From positions 1,861 to 65,860 of the forward strand of contig CAZFWG010000015.1 in NCBI GenBank assembly GCA_964522525.1: a stretch of 64,000 bases of DNA. The letters run 5' to 3'. Shown in pieces: positions 39,930-50,874 of the stretch. Below the pieces are notes generated by a model. The model saw nothing but the letters and a program-made list of their open reading frames with translations, was not told where the DNA came from and made no database searches. How positions within the stretch are numbered: the stretch's first letter is position 1; every line of letters starts with the position of its first letter. The DNA is from an uncultured Alphaproteobacteria bacterium (GTDB lineage: Bacteria; Pseudomonadota; Alphaproteobacteria; JAJFIK01). A program made the position numbers and the translations under genes.

Positions 39930-41909
39930 TCAATGGACCCGTTCCGGCCGCCTCGCCGTGAGGGCGCGGTGCCGTTTTTTGGAGGACCGGACCGCCGAAA
40001 GGGGCGGCTCGGTCCTTTGGGGGCGGTGTGGGGGGTCGACTGCCGGGCGTTGTATCTGCTTGGCGAGAAAGGAGGGCGCCAGCGCGTCATGGGGATGGAT
40101 CACGTCCGGATCGGGCCGCGCCCAGACCGGGGTCGGGTCGTGGATCGGCGGCATCTCATCCTCCAAGTCCTCCGTTATCGGATGGACCAGCGGGTCGTCA
40201 CCTTGGACCACCCATCGAATGACCGTGGTGTGTCCCTCGACCCGGGCATGAACGACCATCTGGCGGGAAACGCGCAGCCGGTCCTGTTCATCGAAATAGG
40301 GGCTTTCCTCGAGCGCCAGGGCGCCACCCGCTGCCCTGAAGCGCCAGCCGCGACCGCTGGGCAGGGCCAAATGGATCGACTTGCCGTCCGCCGACAGATG
40401 GGGGTCCACGTCGGGATGGAGATGAAAGCGCACCGCAAAGGACAGGCCCTTTCGGCGAAAGCGTCGGGGCATGTCCTGAATGCGCGCGAGCATGTCTTCG
40501 CCCCGGAGATCGGTGCCCCCTTCGGAAACATAGATCCGTCGCCGGTGGATCAGACCGAAACGCCGCCCATAACCGTCATGGGAGGCTTCCAGCAGGGTGC
40601 CCGGCTCCCGATCGCTGCGCTCCGTCGGGACGTCGCTCGGCCCGATGATCACGCGGCCGTCGCCCCATTTTCCGCTCGCGTCGAGCGCCAGGAAGGAGCA
40701 GCTCGACGTATCGCCGACCGTCACCGTCGAATGGGCCGCCGTCGCCCGCAACACATGGCGCCATCCTGGCCCATGGCGGTCCGTGGCGCCGCAATTGACG
40801 ATGATCCGTTCGGGGCCGGCGCTCATTTCAAAGGACAGACATCCGGCATGGGCCTCGACGGCGGGGTTGCCGATATTGGGCGTGCCGGTGTCCATGATCA
40901 CGACCACATCGCCGCGCTTGATGCGCTGATAGCCGGATTGGACCGCCCGCCACAAGGGCTGGCCTTCGCCTTCGTTCATGGCCAGGGCCGCGTCCATTTC
41001 GCGGCGAACGAGCCGGTGGCCGCCATTGAAGGCCGCCGGGCATCCGTCGCCATGGCGGAAGAAGCGCACCATCGGCCCCATGCGGTCGAGCGCGCGCTGC
41101 AGGGCTTCCGGCCGGTCCGTGTGGAAATGATCAAGCGCGCGGGTCAGGGTCATGAGGTCCAGGAAAAGGCGCGCGAGCACGGCCGGATTGCGGCTGATAT
41201 GGCCACCATCGGGCAGGATCTGTTGGTCCAGGGCATCAAGCGTGAGGGCGAGACCACTTTCCAGGCGCCGTCGGCCATGGGGCAGGCACAAACCGGTCAA
41301 AGCCAGACCCATGGCCCCGACGAGTTTCGGTTCACCGTCCGCTGCAAGGGATACCGCCTGGTGGAGATGGTGGGACTGGCGGGCGATCGACCGAAAAAAC
41401 GCCGAACGCCAGATCAGGTCAGATCCTTTAAGAACCATGCGGTGATGGCACAGCCAGGACGACAGACGCCGGGCAATAACCTGGGGCGCCCAGGCGACCG
41501 GATCCCAGTCATTGCATTCATAAATCCAGGAACTGATCAGCCAGCGGGCATGTTCACCGGCCAGGTCCGGGCCCAGGGTGGAGAGATGGCGCATCCAGGT
41601 GAAACCGTTCAGGCATTCGCGCCAGCGGGCATTGCCCGGGGCGGCATGCCAGGGCGCCACTCCGGGTGGCACCCGAACAAGGCCGCCGCTGTCGAGGGCA
41701 TAGGTGCCGCCATGGAGATCTTCGGCGGTGCGGGTGTCGATGGGGCGGGGGTCGGACGGTGCGTAGAGCACTCGGTCGGGTATTGGACCGGTCCACCCGG
41801 TCACATCGCTCGTGGCCAGAAGGGTCCGTGCCCCCAAATGCGCACCGGCCCTTGTTGCTCTTGTTCCTGCAATGGTCGCCCAACCCTGCGCCCAGGCTGC
41901 AATCGTCAT
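39930..41909 (-). CDS. Heparinase II/III family protein
   Basis: About 660 aa from MTIAAWAQGW (ORF extends to 42104 with no upstream stop). N-terminal alginate-lyase-like domain plus C-terminal heparinase II/III-like domain (HGHADALSFE-like region NCGATDRHGPGWRHV...). Confidence 0.7.
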   Translation of the reverse strand: MTIAAWAQGWATIAGTRATRAGAHLGARTLLATSDVTGWTGPIPDRVLYAPSDPRPIDTRTAEDLHGGTYALDSGGLVRVPPGVAPWHAAPGNARWRECLNGFTWMRHLSTLGPDLAGEHARWLISSWIYECNDWDPVAWAPQVIARRLSSWLCHHRMVLKGSDLIWRSAFFRSIARQSHHLHQAVSLAADGEPKLVGAMGLALTGLCLPHGRRRLESGLALTLDALDQQILPDGGHISRNPAVLARLFLDLMTLTRALDHFHTDRPEALQRALDRMGPMVRFFRHGDGCPAAFNGGHRLVRREMDAALAMNEGEGQPLWRAVQSGYQRIKRGDVVVIMDTGTPNIGNPAVEAHAGCLSFEMSAGPERIIVNCGATDRHGPGWRHVLRATAAHSTVTVGDTSSCSFLALDASGKWGDGRVIIGPSDVPTERSDREPGTLLEASHDGYGRRFGLIHRRRIYVSEGGTDLRGEDMLARIQDMPRRFRRKGLSFAVRFHLHPDVDPHLSADGKSIHLALPSGRGWRFRAAGGALALEESPYFDEQDRLRVSRQMVVHARVEGHTTVIRWVVQGDDPLVHPITEDLEDEMPPIHDPTPVWARPDPDVIHPHDALAPSFLAKQIQRPAVDPPHRPQRTEPPLSAVRSSKKRHRALTARRPERVH

Positions 41910-41931
41910 CGGCTCCTCCGACGCCGCGGGA

Positions 41932-42597
41932 TCACGCCGTCCCGCGAAGCCGTTTGATGTTGTCCGCGTAAGCGCCGGCGCCGCCCTTGAAGGTGGCCGT
42001 GCCAGCGACCAGAACGCGGGCGCCCGCCTCGATGGCGCGCGGGGCCGTCTCGAAATTGATGCCGCCATCGACTTCCAGGGCGATCGGCCGACCGGTCTGG
42101 TCAATCCGTTCCCGCAAGGAGCGGATCTTGTCGAGTTGGCCGTCGATGAAGGCTTGGCCGCCGAAACCGGGATTGACGCTCATGACCAGGATCAGATCGA
42201 GATCGGGCAGCACATAGTCGATGGCCTCGATCGGCGTTGCCGGATTGAGGGCGACGCCCGCTTTCGCACCGGCCGCCTTGATACGTTGAATGGTGCGATG
42301 GAGATGGGCGCCCGCTTCCGGATGGACGGTGATGATGTTGGCGCCGGCTTCGATGAAGGCGTCGATATAGGGATCGACCGGCGCGATCATCAGATGGACG
42401 TCGAAGGGGACATCTGTGTGCGGACGCAACGCCTTCACCACACCCGGTCCGATGGTGAGGTTGGGCACGAAATGACCGTCCATCACATCGATATGAATAT
42501 AGTCCGCGCCCGCCTGCGCTACGGCCGTAACTTCTTCTCCGAGCCTTGCGAAGTCCGCAGAGAGAATCGAAGGGGCAATTTGTACATCACTAGACAT
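41932..42597 (-). CDS. rpe: Ribulose-phosphate 3-epimerase
   Basis: 221 aa. [17 protein letters not shown]...[16 protein letters not shown]...DVHLMI...[14 protein letters not shown]...EVDGGI is essentially the canonical Rpe sequence. Confidence 0.9.
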   Translation of the reverse strand: MSSDVQIAPSILSADFARLGEEVTAVAQAGADYIHIDVMDGHFVPNLTIGPGVVKALRPHTDVPFDVHLMIAPVDPYIDAFIEAGANIITVHPEAGAHLHRTIQRIKAAGAKAGVALNPATPIEAIDYVLPDLDLILVMSVNPGFGGQAFIDGQLDKIRSLRERIDQTGRPIALEVDGGINFETAPRAIEAGARVLVAGTATFKGGAGAYADNIKRLRGTA

Positions 42598-42794
42598 GGC
42601 TGAGGCTTACCACTCTGTCCCATAATAGAGCAAGATATACTGTCCGATTTTGAGCCACCCACATCATGTTGTGGGCGTTCCGGGCGGTATTGTCGAAGAA
42701 TTCGGATCGAAATCGGTCCGTTCAAGAAGCTTCCGGTGGGGTAATCAACCCAGAGCTGTCGATTCGGTTCTTCTTTGGGGAGGCCCGCACCCTT

Positions 42795-44090
42795 CTAGAG
42801 CCTGGTGATTCGCGCGGCATAGAAGCCGTCGAGGCCGCCCAGATCCGACCACAAACAGGGCAGCGTGCGCAGGTCCCCTTCCGGGGTGACCGCTTCCGCA
42901 AAATCGTTGATTTCACTCGGATCCACGGGCATCCGACGGGCGGCCGGTTGGTCCGCCAGGAGGTGCTCCACCCGCTCCGGGCCCTCTTCCGGTTGGAGGG
43001 AACATGTGCAATAGATCAGTGTGCCGCCTGTCTTGAGGTGGCGGAACGCGGTGTCGAGCAGGCGGTCCTGCGCCGCCGCCAGGGCCGTCACATCCTGGGG
43101 ATGCTTGAGATGGGCAATGTCCGGATGGCGCCGGATGGTGCCCGTCGCACTGCACGGGGCATCGAGGAGAATGGCCTCGGCCGGCTGTTCCGGCGCCCAT
43201 TGCGTGGCATCCATCTCGATAAGCTCCGCCTGCAGATGGAGACGGTCAAGGTTCTCGTGGACCCGCGCCAGCCGGTTCCTGGAGCGGTCCATGGCAAAGA
43301 CATGGGCGCCGAGACTGGCGAGCTGCGCGGTCTTGCCGCCAGGGGCCGCGCAGAGATCATAGATCGTCTGCCCTGAAATTTTCCGGAACAGCCGGATCGG
43401 CAGGGCGGCGGCGGCGTCCTGAACCCACCAGGCCCCCTCATCGAACCCCTCAAGGGTTCGTACATCCGCAAGCCCCCGCCTTAAGGTGCCTGTGGGCAGG
43501 ACCCTCGCCTCCAGCCTCCCGGACCAGTCCTCCGGGTTTGCCCGGACCCACAGATCCAGGGACGGTTCCTCAAGATGATGCGCGGCGATCGCCCGCGCGG
43601 TGTCCTCGCCATAGGCGGCCGCCCAGCTGTCCCAAAGCCAGTCGGGCGTGTTCAAGCGTGGGGCATCCTGACCTTGGGCGATCTCCTGGCCCCGTTCCGC
43701 CACCTTGCGCAAAACCGCATTGACGAGGCCCCGATAGCGCTGATCGGGCACGAGCGCCACGGTTTCACCCACGCCAGCATGGGGCGCCACGTCCAGGAAC
43801 ACGAGCTGGGCCGCGCCGATGCGCAACAGGTCATTGACCTTTGCCGCATTGGCCGGAAGCGGACGGTCCAGAAATGTTTCCAGAATGGCGTCGATCTGGC
43901 CAAGCCGTCTCAGACTTGTGGCAATCAAGGCGCGCGCAAAGCCCCGGTCACGGGGGGCCAGCGTTCCGAGACCACGGTTGTGCAAGGCATCCGCCCAGAC
44001 ATCGTCAAGGGGGCGGTGTTTGCGCAAGACCTGTCCTAGACAGAAAAGAGCGGCGCTTCGGGCGTCGCCTTGGGGGCTCTTTGTGGTCAT
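42795..44090 (-). CDS. rsmB: 16S rRNA (cytosine967-C5)-methyltransferase RsmB/Sun family
   Basis: About 432 aa from MTTKSPQGD. NusB-like N-terminal domain. SAM site DLCAAPGGKT. Catalytic DAPCSATG and TLIYCTCS (conserved Cys pair). Confidence 0.8.
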   Translation of the reverse strand: MTTKSPQGDARSAALFCLGQVLRKHRPLDDVWADALHNRGLGTLAPRDRGFARALIATSLRRLGQIDAILETFLDRPLPANAAKVNDLLRIGAAQLVFLDVAPHAGVGETVALVPDQRYRGLVNAVLRKVAERGQEIAQGQDAPRLNTPDWLWDSWAAAYGEDTARAIAAHHLEEPSLDLWVRANPEDWSGRLEARVLPTGTLRRGLADVRTLEGFDEGAWWVQDAAAALPIRLFRKISGQTIYDLCAAPGGKTAQLASLGAHVFAMDRSRNRLARVHENLDRLHLQAELIEMDATQWAPEQPAEAILLDAPCSATGTIRRHPDIAHLKHPQDVTALAAAQDRLLDTAFRHLKTGGTLIYCTCSLQPEEGPERVEHLLADQPAARRMPVDPSEINDFAEAVTPEGDLRTLPCLWSDLGGLDGFYAARITRL

Positions 44091-44097
44091 GCCTCGG

Positions 44098-44970
44098 TCA
44101 TGACCACGGACTGGTGCCGCGATCACCGCCCTGGGCCATGCGCTCCAGCGCCGCAATGCGATTGGCGGTGTTCGGATGGGTCGAGAAAAGCTTGTCCATG
44201 GCCTGTTCATGGAGTGGATTGATGATGAACATATGGGCGGTGGCGGGATTCCGCTCCGCCGAGACATTGGTGATGCCCTTCGCGGCCTGTTCGATTTTCG
44301 CCAGGGCCGAGGCCAGCCAAAGGGGCCGTCCGCAGATCTCGGCGCCGCCACGATCCGCTTCATATTCCCGGGACCGGCTGATCGCCATCTGCACGAGCGC
44401 GGCCGCGATGGGCGCCAGGATCATCAGCGCCAAGAGGCCGACAATCCCCAGCGGACTGTTGCGGTTGTTGCCGAAGAACAGGGCGAAATTGGCCAGCATG
44501 GAAATCGCGCCGGCCAAGGTCGCCGTGATCGTCATGATCAGCGTGTCCCGGTTCTTGATATGCGCCAGTTCATGGGCCATGACGCCCGCGACTTCTTCCT
44601 CGCTCAACATGCGCAGGAGGCCTGTCGTCGCGGCGACCGCCGCATGGTTCGGGTCCCGTCCCGTGGCGAAGGCATTGGGCTGATCGTTTTGGATGATGTA
44701 GACCTTGGGCAGGGGCAGATCGGCATTGCGGGCCAATTGGTGCACCATGCGGACGAGTTGCGGCGCCGTCGATTCATTCACCTCCTGGGCGCCATACATG
44801 CCCAGGACCATCTTGTCGGAATTCCAATAGGCGAAAAGATTGGTGCCGGCCGCAAACAGGAAAGCCAGAACCATGCCCATCTCACCGCCGATCAGAAACC
44901 CGATCCCGAGAAACAAGGCGGTCATCGCCGCCATCAGCATGCCGGTGCGCAGATAGTTCATAGTCGCCAA
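44098..44970 (-). CDS. htpX: Zinc metalloprotease HtpX (M48 family)
   Basis: 290 aa. N-terminal TM helices. [10 protein letters not shown] zinc site (HExxH). EYEAD downstream. Highly conserved HtpX N-terminus [16 protein letters not shown]. Confidence 0.9.
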   Translation of the reverse strand: MATMNYLRTGMLMAAMTALFLGIGFLIGGEMGMVLAFLFAAGTNLFAYWNSDKMVLGMYGAQEVNESTAPQLVRMVHQLARNADLPLPKVYIIQNDQPNAFATGRDPNHAAVAATTGLLRMLSEEEVAGVMAHELAHIKNRDTLIMTITATLAGAISMLANFALFFGNNRNSPLGIVGLLALMILAPIAAALVQMAISRSREYEADRGGAEICGRPLWLASALAKIEQAAKGITNVSAERNPATAHMFIINPLHEQAMDKLFSTHPNTANRIAALERMAQGGDRGTSPWS

Positions 44971-45098
44971 TCCTTTGGAGCGGTTGAAGCGTAAAACCCT
45001 GCAGAATCCTCGCTTCTACAATGTCCACATAAGAAGTGGGGCCGCTGCGATCAAGCGGATCGGCGCGTGTCTCAGGTATCGACAAGAAAGGCCAGACC

Positions 45099-45320
45099 AT
45101 GAGCGACGAAAAATCGACCCCATCGGGGGCGGCGCCCGACAAGGTGCTGTCGCCGGCCGCCATCCGTGCGCTCGAGGAGGCGGCGGCGCGCCGCAAGGCG
45201 GAGGAAGAAAAGAAGAAAGATGAAAAAAAGAAGAAACCCAAAGAGGTGGATGGGCGTGACGGTCTTGAGCCGACGCGTTACGGGGACTGGGAAATCAAGG
45301 GAACGGCCTGTGACTTTTGA
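45099..45320 (+). CDS. DUF1674 family small protein (SDHAF4-like)
   Basis: 73 aa from MSDEKSTP. Lys/Glu-rich middle. Conserved C-terminus EPTRYGDWEIKGTACDF. Confidence 0.65.
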   Translation: MSDEKSTPSGAAPDKVLSPAAIRALEEAAARRKAEEEKKKDEKKKKPKEVDGRDGLEPTRYGDWEIKGTACDF

Positions 45321-45540
45321 TCATGCTCCGTGGTCAAACGGACCATGGAGACGTCTCTTGAAAGGGCCACGCGGAACGGTATGGGTTGCGGCGCCGCCAC
45401 AACTGGCACCGCCGGCTCCCGAAGACAAGGTCGTCGCAGGTATAGCGGGCTTTGTCGCCGGCGGGCTCATGGCTGCAGGACGGAGCAAAGCATCTTTCTC
45501 AGATCGTCGACAAGAAGATGGCTGGGTTCAAAAACCAAAG

Positions 45541-45573
45541 CCCCTGGCATTTGCCAGGGGCTTTTTTCATGAA
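45541..45573. terminator. Bidirectional rho-independent terminator between convergent genes
   Basis: GCCCCTGGCA-TTT-GCCAGGGGC perfect 10-bp stem flanked by an A-tract upstream and TTTTTT downstream, placed between the DUF1674 gene (+) and the 45613-46290 gene (-). Confidence 0.6.
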
Positions 45574-45612
45574 CACGGGAAGCGCGTTAAAGGAAGAAAA
45601 GAGCGGCGTGGC

Positions 45613-46290
45613 CTACTCGATCCAGAAGCCGCGTTCCTCGAGATAGCCGAGCATGGAGGGATGCAAGGCCACGCCTGCATCGCCGCTTTCCGTCACGAGG
45701 GAAGTCAGCTTCAGACTGTCCTGACGGGTCGTATTCTGGGAGAAGCCGCTCTGAATGGTCTGGCGGGCCATGTCGTAGTCGATGCCGAAGATCCGCAGTT
45801 TCTCGGCCAGATTGCCGGGTCCGATACCGCCCTGGAACGACATGCCGTCGGAGAGAATGGTCAGCTTGCCATCGGGGGTGCGGTCGAAGAAGGCGCTGAA
45901 GCTGCGATTGTGGAAACGCAGATAGATGTCGCCGCCCACCGGGCCGTTCGCCACCTGGGACAGGATTTTGTAGCCGAAACACGGGGCCTGCGTATCGTTG
46001 CAGATGGGGATCATCAGCATTTCGACATTTTTGTCGTTGCGGACCTGCACGGCTTCGCGTCCGTTCTCGAAACGCAGAACCTGAGCCTGCAATCCGGCCT
46101 GGCTCACGACCTGTACCATTTGGGCAGGCGTCAGGGCCTGAATGATCGAGGCTTGCTGTTGTGGTTGTTGGGGCTGAGGTTGGGCGGGCTGGTCGCCGAA
46201 AAGCGGATCCCCGCTTTGGGCCCAAGCCAAGGAAACAGAAGCGCAGAGTGCCAAAGCGGTTCCGGCGAGTATCGTAGACGATCGAGTCAT
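45613..46290 (-). CDS. Secreted hypothetical protein (signal peptide, Gln/Pro-rich linker; possibly YbjN-like fold)
   Basis: 225 aa. Signal peptide ILAGTALALCASVSLAWA. PAQPQPQQPQQQ linker. No enzymatic motif recognised. Confidence 0.5.
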   Translation of the reverse strand: MTRSSTILAGTALALCASVSLAWAQSGDPLFGDQPAQPQPQQPQQQASIIQALTPAQMVQVVSQAGLQAQVLRFENGREAVQVRNDKNVEMLMIPICNDTQAPCFGYKILSQVANGPVGGDIYLRFHNRSFSAFFDRTPDGKLTILSDGMSFQGGIGPGNLAEKLRIFGIDYDMARQTIQSGFSQNTTRQDSLKLTSLVTESGDAGVALHPSMLGYLEERGFWIE

Positions 46291-46626
46291 TGCTTACCCC
46301 TTGGTGCCCCCGTCCGTGATTCCCGTATTGGCCTGGAAGCGCCTATATCTGTGATCCCGGCGCTTTCAGATCTGTCGCGGGAAGCAAGCCATTGCTGCCT
46401 GTCCCACCCACCGAAAACGCCGATCCGTCCGAGCCAGGCGAGGGTCCCCCTGGCCAGCCGTTCGGCGTTTCCAAACCACACCACGGATTACCACCCTTGC
46501 CCCACCGGCGTTCTCACTGCCTTTGCGGCCCGCCGCCAATGTGGCAAGGGTTCCGATCGCTCTACCCGTTCGGTGGAGCGAAAGGGCTAACCCTTCGGTC
46601 CTTCAAAGCTCCGTGAAACAGGCGCC

Positions 46627-47973
46627 TTAGTCAATGGGTATGGCAACCAGTTCCGGTCGTTCCAGGCCGGTTGCACGCCGCACCCGGGCAAGAACATGGC
46701 TCCGGTTTCCGACCTGCTTCAGCAACTGGCCAAGCCGACGGGCATCCGTGACCGGCGTGCCGTCGACCTCCAACAGGACATCGCCGGGCAGGAGCCGCCC
46801 GAACAGCGGGCTTTCCGGTTCGACCCGGGTGACGAGGATGCCCGGCGTACCGCTTTTGCCGCCGGTGCGGGATGGCATGCCTGTCCTGTGGAGGTCGGCT
46901 TCGTTGCCCGCGCCTCGTGCGGTTTCCAGGACCGCCATGGTTTGATTGAGGCGGCCCATGGTGATCACGACATTGCGGGCGCCGACGCCGCGCCGCCAGA
47001 TTTCGGCGGAAACCTGCGCCCCGGACTGCGTCTCCGCCACGAGCCTTTGGAACTGGCGCACATCCACGACCGCCTGCCCGTTGAAGGATAGGATCACGTC
47101 GCCGCGCCGGATGCCGGCCACGGCCGCCGGTCCCCCGGGCGTGAGGTCATTGACCAGGACGCCGCGCACCGTTGGCAGACCGACCGCCTCGGCCAGTTCC
47201 GGTGTCATGGATTGGGGAATGACCCCGATCCAGCCCCGTCGCGACTGACCAAATTGGCGGATCTGATCGGTCACGGGTTCGGCGATGGCCGAAGGACGGG
47301 AGAAGTTGATCCCCTGGAAGATGCGGTCCTGGACCCGCTCCAGGGCGGCGGTGTTCACGCCGATGACTTCGCCCTTCAGATTGAAGAGCGGTCCGCCGGA
47401 GTTGCCCGCGTTGATGGCCGCGTCCGTCTGGAGATATTCGTCAAAGGGGCCGCCGGCCCGCGTGGCCCGGTCGGTGGCGGAAATGATACCCACCGTCACC
47501 GTGCCGCCGAGGCCCGCCGGGTTGCCGATGGCCAGCACCCAGTCACCGGGTTCGAGGGCATCGGAATCGCCCCAGGGCACCGCCGGCAGACCGCTTACCT
47601 CGTCGATCTTGAGCACCGCCAGATCCGTCAGCCGGTCGCGCCCCCGGACCCGGACCTCATAGACGCGCCCGTCGGTCAGTCGCACGGCGATCTGTCGCGC
47701 CCCTCGGATGACATGTTCATTGGTGACGACCCAGCCCGACGGATCCACGATGAACCCGGAGCCCCTGGAGACTCCCCGATTGTTCAAGGCGAAAATCTGA
47801 ACGACGGCCGGGCGCAGCCGCGCCGCCAAGGGCGCAAAACTTTGGGGCAGGGGCCTTGCGCCTTGGGCCTGGGCGGTGTCGGGCCGCGCGATCACCCCAA
47901 GGGGCGCGGCCAACAGCGCAAGGATCAATGCCTTGAGCGCCACAATTGTCAGACTGGCGCGGATGGTTTCCAT
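46627..47973 (-). CDS. Periplasmic serine endoprotease, DegP/HtrA family (trypsin domain + 2 PDZ)
   Basis: About 448 aa from METIRASL. Signal peptide. Catalytic His in VVTNEHVI, Asp in TDLAVLKID, Ser in GNSGGPLFN. Two PDZ-like regions. Confidence 0.85.
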   Translation of the reverse strand: METIRASLTIVALKALILALLAAPLGVIARPDTAQAQGARPLPQSFAPLAARLRPAVVQIFALNNRGVSRGSGFIVDPSGWVVTNEHVIRGARQIAVRLTDGRVYEVRVRGRDRLTDLAVLKIDEVSGLPAVPWGDSDALEPGDWVLAIGNPAGLGGTVTVGIISATDRATRAGGPFDEYLQTDAAINAGNSGGPLFNLKGEVIGVNTAALERVQDRIFQGINFSRPSAIAEPVTDQIRQFGQSRRGWIGVIPQSMTPELAEAVGLPTVRGVLVNDLTPGGPAAVAGIRRGDVILSFNGQAVVDVRQFQRLVAETQSGAQVSAEIWRRGVGARNVVITMGRLNQTMAVLETARGAGNEADLHRTGMPSRTGGKSGTPGILVTRVEPESPLFGRLLPGDVLLEVDGTPVTDARRLGQLLKQVGNRSHVLARVRRATGLERPELVAIPID

Positions 47974-48102
47974 CGGTCGACGCGTAGTTCTCTGGAACAT
48001 TTCCTTACCCCCGAGCGGTCAATCGGTGCGTGAGTATAGCCGCAAGGCGCTGCACTGATAAGCCATTGGGGACGCCTGCGCCTCGCTTTTGTTGCCCCGT
48101 TC

Positions 48103-50091
48103 TCAAGGCTTCCGCCTGGCCGCCAGGGGATTGGGGACCTGCCGAAAAACAGCGTTCTGGCTCTGTCGTAATCGCATGGTCAGCAGGCACTTGACCTCCA
48201 TATGAGGCCCTCGGACGATTTGGCGAATGCTCCCGGCCGCCTGCGCCATCAGGCCCGATGCGGCGGCTTCTGTCTGGTGCGCCTTATCCGCATCATGAAG
48301 GGTTTCATCGATCAACGCCTCGGTGGCGGCGACAAGAACCTCGAAGAGACGCGGCAGTTCAGTGCCGAACCCGGCATTGATGACATGGGCGAGGGGGATG
48401 AGGTGGCTCATGAAAGTGGTGTGGGCGAGCTGCCGGACCGGCATGTCCAGATCCCCATGGAGACCGCGACGTATGGGATGGATCTGTCTGCTGACGTCAT
48501 AACCGCGCGCACGCAGCAGCGGTTCAAAGATCTCGAGACCGCCATTGATGTCCCGGTAGACCATGGCCCGCGGGTGGCCGTCGGCTCCGAAAACCATGTC
48601 GATATTCTGCTGGTGGGATTCGAGGCTGACCCCATAGCGCAGCAACATGCCGATATCGCACTGAAGGACGAGGCGGACATAGGCGGCATAATAGGTTGCT
48701 GCCGTTCGCTCATCATGGACGCTTGCGGCGCGCATGACGTCGATGAACAGTCGTTCGGTCGAAAGGGGCGAAACCGCGAAAAGCGCGTTCAGGGGAAGGC
48801 GTCTTTCATCTTGACCCACCATGCGGGCCGGATTGGCCTTGAAAACGGCGGCAAGCTGATAGCCCGCGTCATAGTCAGCGCCTTCTTGGTCCTGGCCCCA
48901 ATAGATCGCTGCCGGTTCCGGCACGACTCTCAGATATGCCGCCAGACCTTTCTCCTTTGACAGAATATCGGTCAGCAGATCGGAATAGACCGGCGCGTTG
49001 AACGCGCGGGCGGGCGCCAGGGTGCGCACCACGCTTGTCATCTGAATGTTCAAGGTGGTCTTGATCGAAGGTTGGGTGACGGATCGCGGCGGCACAAGCG
49101 TCCGATAGGACAGGGTCGGAATCTGGGGGATGGTCACATCGGGCGCCATCACAATGTCGCCGGCACGAAGTTCGGGCGCGAAACGGCTCTCGATTTCCGG
49201 GACCTGAAGGGGGTGCACGGGCAAGGGGAGATAGGCGGCTGCCGCGCCGGGTTCTCTTGCCTGTTCAATGTGGTCCTTCCAGTGCTGGTGGGCGTCCGGA
49301 AAAGCGGTCTCAAAGAAATCCCGAAAGTCCCTTGGCGCCGTGTTTCCGCTCCAGCTCTGTATGCTGAGTTTCGTGGTCACCCGATCCGCTTTGACGGCCA
49401 GGACCACCAAAGGAACCAGGGGGCCGAACTCAGGCGCGCTGCCCTCAATTTCCGCAACGGACAAGGGACGGCGCGCGCTGGCCTGCGTGGGGCATCGCAA
49501 TCTTGTCTTTGCGGTCGGATGGGTCCTGTGTCCACTGAAACTGGCCAGGCGCAACAGAAAGCCGTCGATGCCCGCCGCACTTTGGCCGAAGGCATCGAAG
49601 GCCTCGGGCGAGGCAAACAGCGGTGTGAACAGATTGTCCCTATCGGCATGGGTGGCGCGAAGGTCCCGGTGGAGGGCGTGGCGCGCTTCGGCGGCAAGGG
49701 TTTCATTCCTGTGGGAATCACCGACTTCCACCAGAAAGGACTCCCAATCCCATGCCGGTTCCTGCCCTGGCGCGGCTTTGTCCGACAGTTTGCGGGCCAG
49801 CCCCTCAAGCCAGGTCAGAGGTTGCCAAAGGGGCCACGGCGTTGCGTCCATATGCAGGATCGCTCCATGGACCCGCCCCGGATCCATCGTATAGAGCGCA
49901 TTGAACAGGTCGTCCGCATTGTGAAGGAGGCGCGATTCCGGCGGATCACCCACGGTCAGTTCGACGTGGGAGCCGGGGCTGAGCAGTCCTTCGCCCATGA
50001 AGCCATGGACGAGGCGCAGGCCTAGGCGAAGGCCCGCAAAAAACGCCGGATCCGGACCGGTTTGCGCGACCGGTGTCGTCGATAGCGCCAT
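48103..50091 (-). CDS. IucA/IucC family (NRPS-independent siderophore synthetase-like) protein with C-terminal FhuF-like domain
   Basis: 662 aa. GHRTHPTAKTRLR resembles the H-P-x-x-K-x-R motif. ESHQQNIDMVF resembles the E-x-H-x-QN motif. The general architecture fits NIS synthetases. Confidence 0.7.
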   Translation of the reverse strand: MALSTTPVAQTGPDPAFFAGLRLGLRLVHGFMGEGLLSPGSHVELTVGDPPESRLLHNADDLFNALYTMDPGRVHGAILHMDATPWPLWQPLTWLEGLARKLSDKAAPGQEPAWDWESFLVEVGDSHRNETLAAEARHALHRDLRATHADRDNLFTPLFASPEAFDAFGQSAAGIDGFLLRLASFSGHRTHPTAKTRLRCPTQASARRPLSVAEIEGSAPEFGPLVPLVVLAVKADRVTTKLSIQSWSGNTAPRDFRDFFETAFPDAHQHWKDHIEQAREPGAAAAYLPLPVHPLQVPEIESRFAPELRAGDIVMAPDVTIPQIPTLSYRTLVPPRSVTQPSIKTTLNIQMTSVVRTLAPARAFNAPVYSDLLTDILSKEKGLAAYLRVVPEPAAIYWGQDQEGADYDAGYQLAAVFKANPARMVGQDERRLPLNALFAVSPLSTERLFIDVMRAASVHDERTAATYYAAYVRLVLQCDIGMLLRYGVSLESHQQNIDMVFGADGHPRAMVYRDINGGLEIFEPLLRARGYDVSRQIHPIRRGLHGDLDMPVRQLAHTTFMSHLIPLAHVINAGFGTELPRLFEVLVAATEALIDETLHDADKAHQTEAAASGLMAQAAGSIRQIVRGPHMEVKCLLTMRLRQSQNAVFRQVPNPLAARRKP

Positions 50092-50181
50092 GTCCGCCCC
50101 TCCTGCTCACAACACAGAGGACGCCACCTTAGACCGGGTTGGGCACCCACAGGAGGAGGGGCGACAGGCAGCGCCCATTTG

Positions 50182-50874
50182 TCACTGCATTTTGGATGAT
50201 TCCGGTCGGCCCGCCGCCAGGGCGTAAATCAGCGGCCCGCCGCGATCGACCCGGTCGAGCGGCAGGCGCACGCGCCCTAGCAGACGAAAACTGTCAGGCC
50301 GGATCGTGTCCTGTTCGCCCTCGGCCACCGGCCCGCCCTCCAGAAGTTGACTGCCGATCAGAACATGGCTTACAGGGCGACCCGGCTCGTTCAAGGGCAG
50401 GCACAGATCCTCCATATAGGCGCGGCCGCCGGCTCTCGTTTCATAGGCCACCTTGAGAAGGGCGATCGCGCGGGAGGACAGGGTGGGGACCATCGCCTTG
50501 CATTGAGCGATGCCACCAAGGGATTTGAGATTCACATTGGTTGGGTCCTGCCCCAACCAGGAAACGATCTGCAGGCCCGCAAAGCGGCAGATCAACTGAT
50601 CCCCGGGCGTCCATTCCAGGAGCATGACATTGGGCAGATAGCCGGTGATTTCGAGGAGGTCGAAATCCGACCAGGCAGCGATCCCCGCCGTGCCACGGAC
50701 CAGATGCCAATATTGCAGGAGCGCGGCATTGGCCGGATGCATCAGGACCGGCGCCACAGTGTTCCGGTTCTGTCCGTCTTGCGCATTTGCGCGATCGCGC
50801 TTCGCCCCGTCTCGTCCGAACACACCAAGTCGCTCCAAGCCACTTGGGTACGGGATCCCCCCATTTTTCGTCAT
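50182..50874 (-). CDS. Hypothetical protein, possible PAS-like fold; start uncertain
   Basis: ORF 50182-50970. Internal ATG at 50874 (MTKNGG..) or further downstream (MHPANAALLQYW...). No strong motif. Confidence 0.4.
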   Translation of the reverse strand: MTKNGGIPYPSGLERLGVFGRDGAKRDRANAQDGQNRNTVAPVLMHPANAALLQYWHLVRGTAGIAAWSDFDLLEITGYLPNVMLLEWTPGDQLICRFAGLQIVSWLGQDPTNVNLKSLGGIAQCKAMVPTLSSRAIALLKVAYETRAGGRAYMEDLCLPLNEPGRPVSHVLIGSQLLEGGPVAEGEQDTIRPDSFRLLGRVRLPLDRVDRGGPLIYALAAGRPESSKMQ

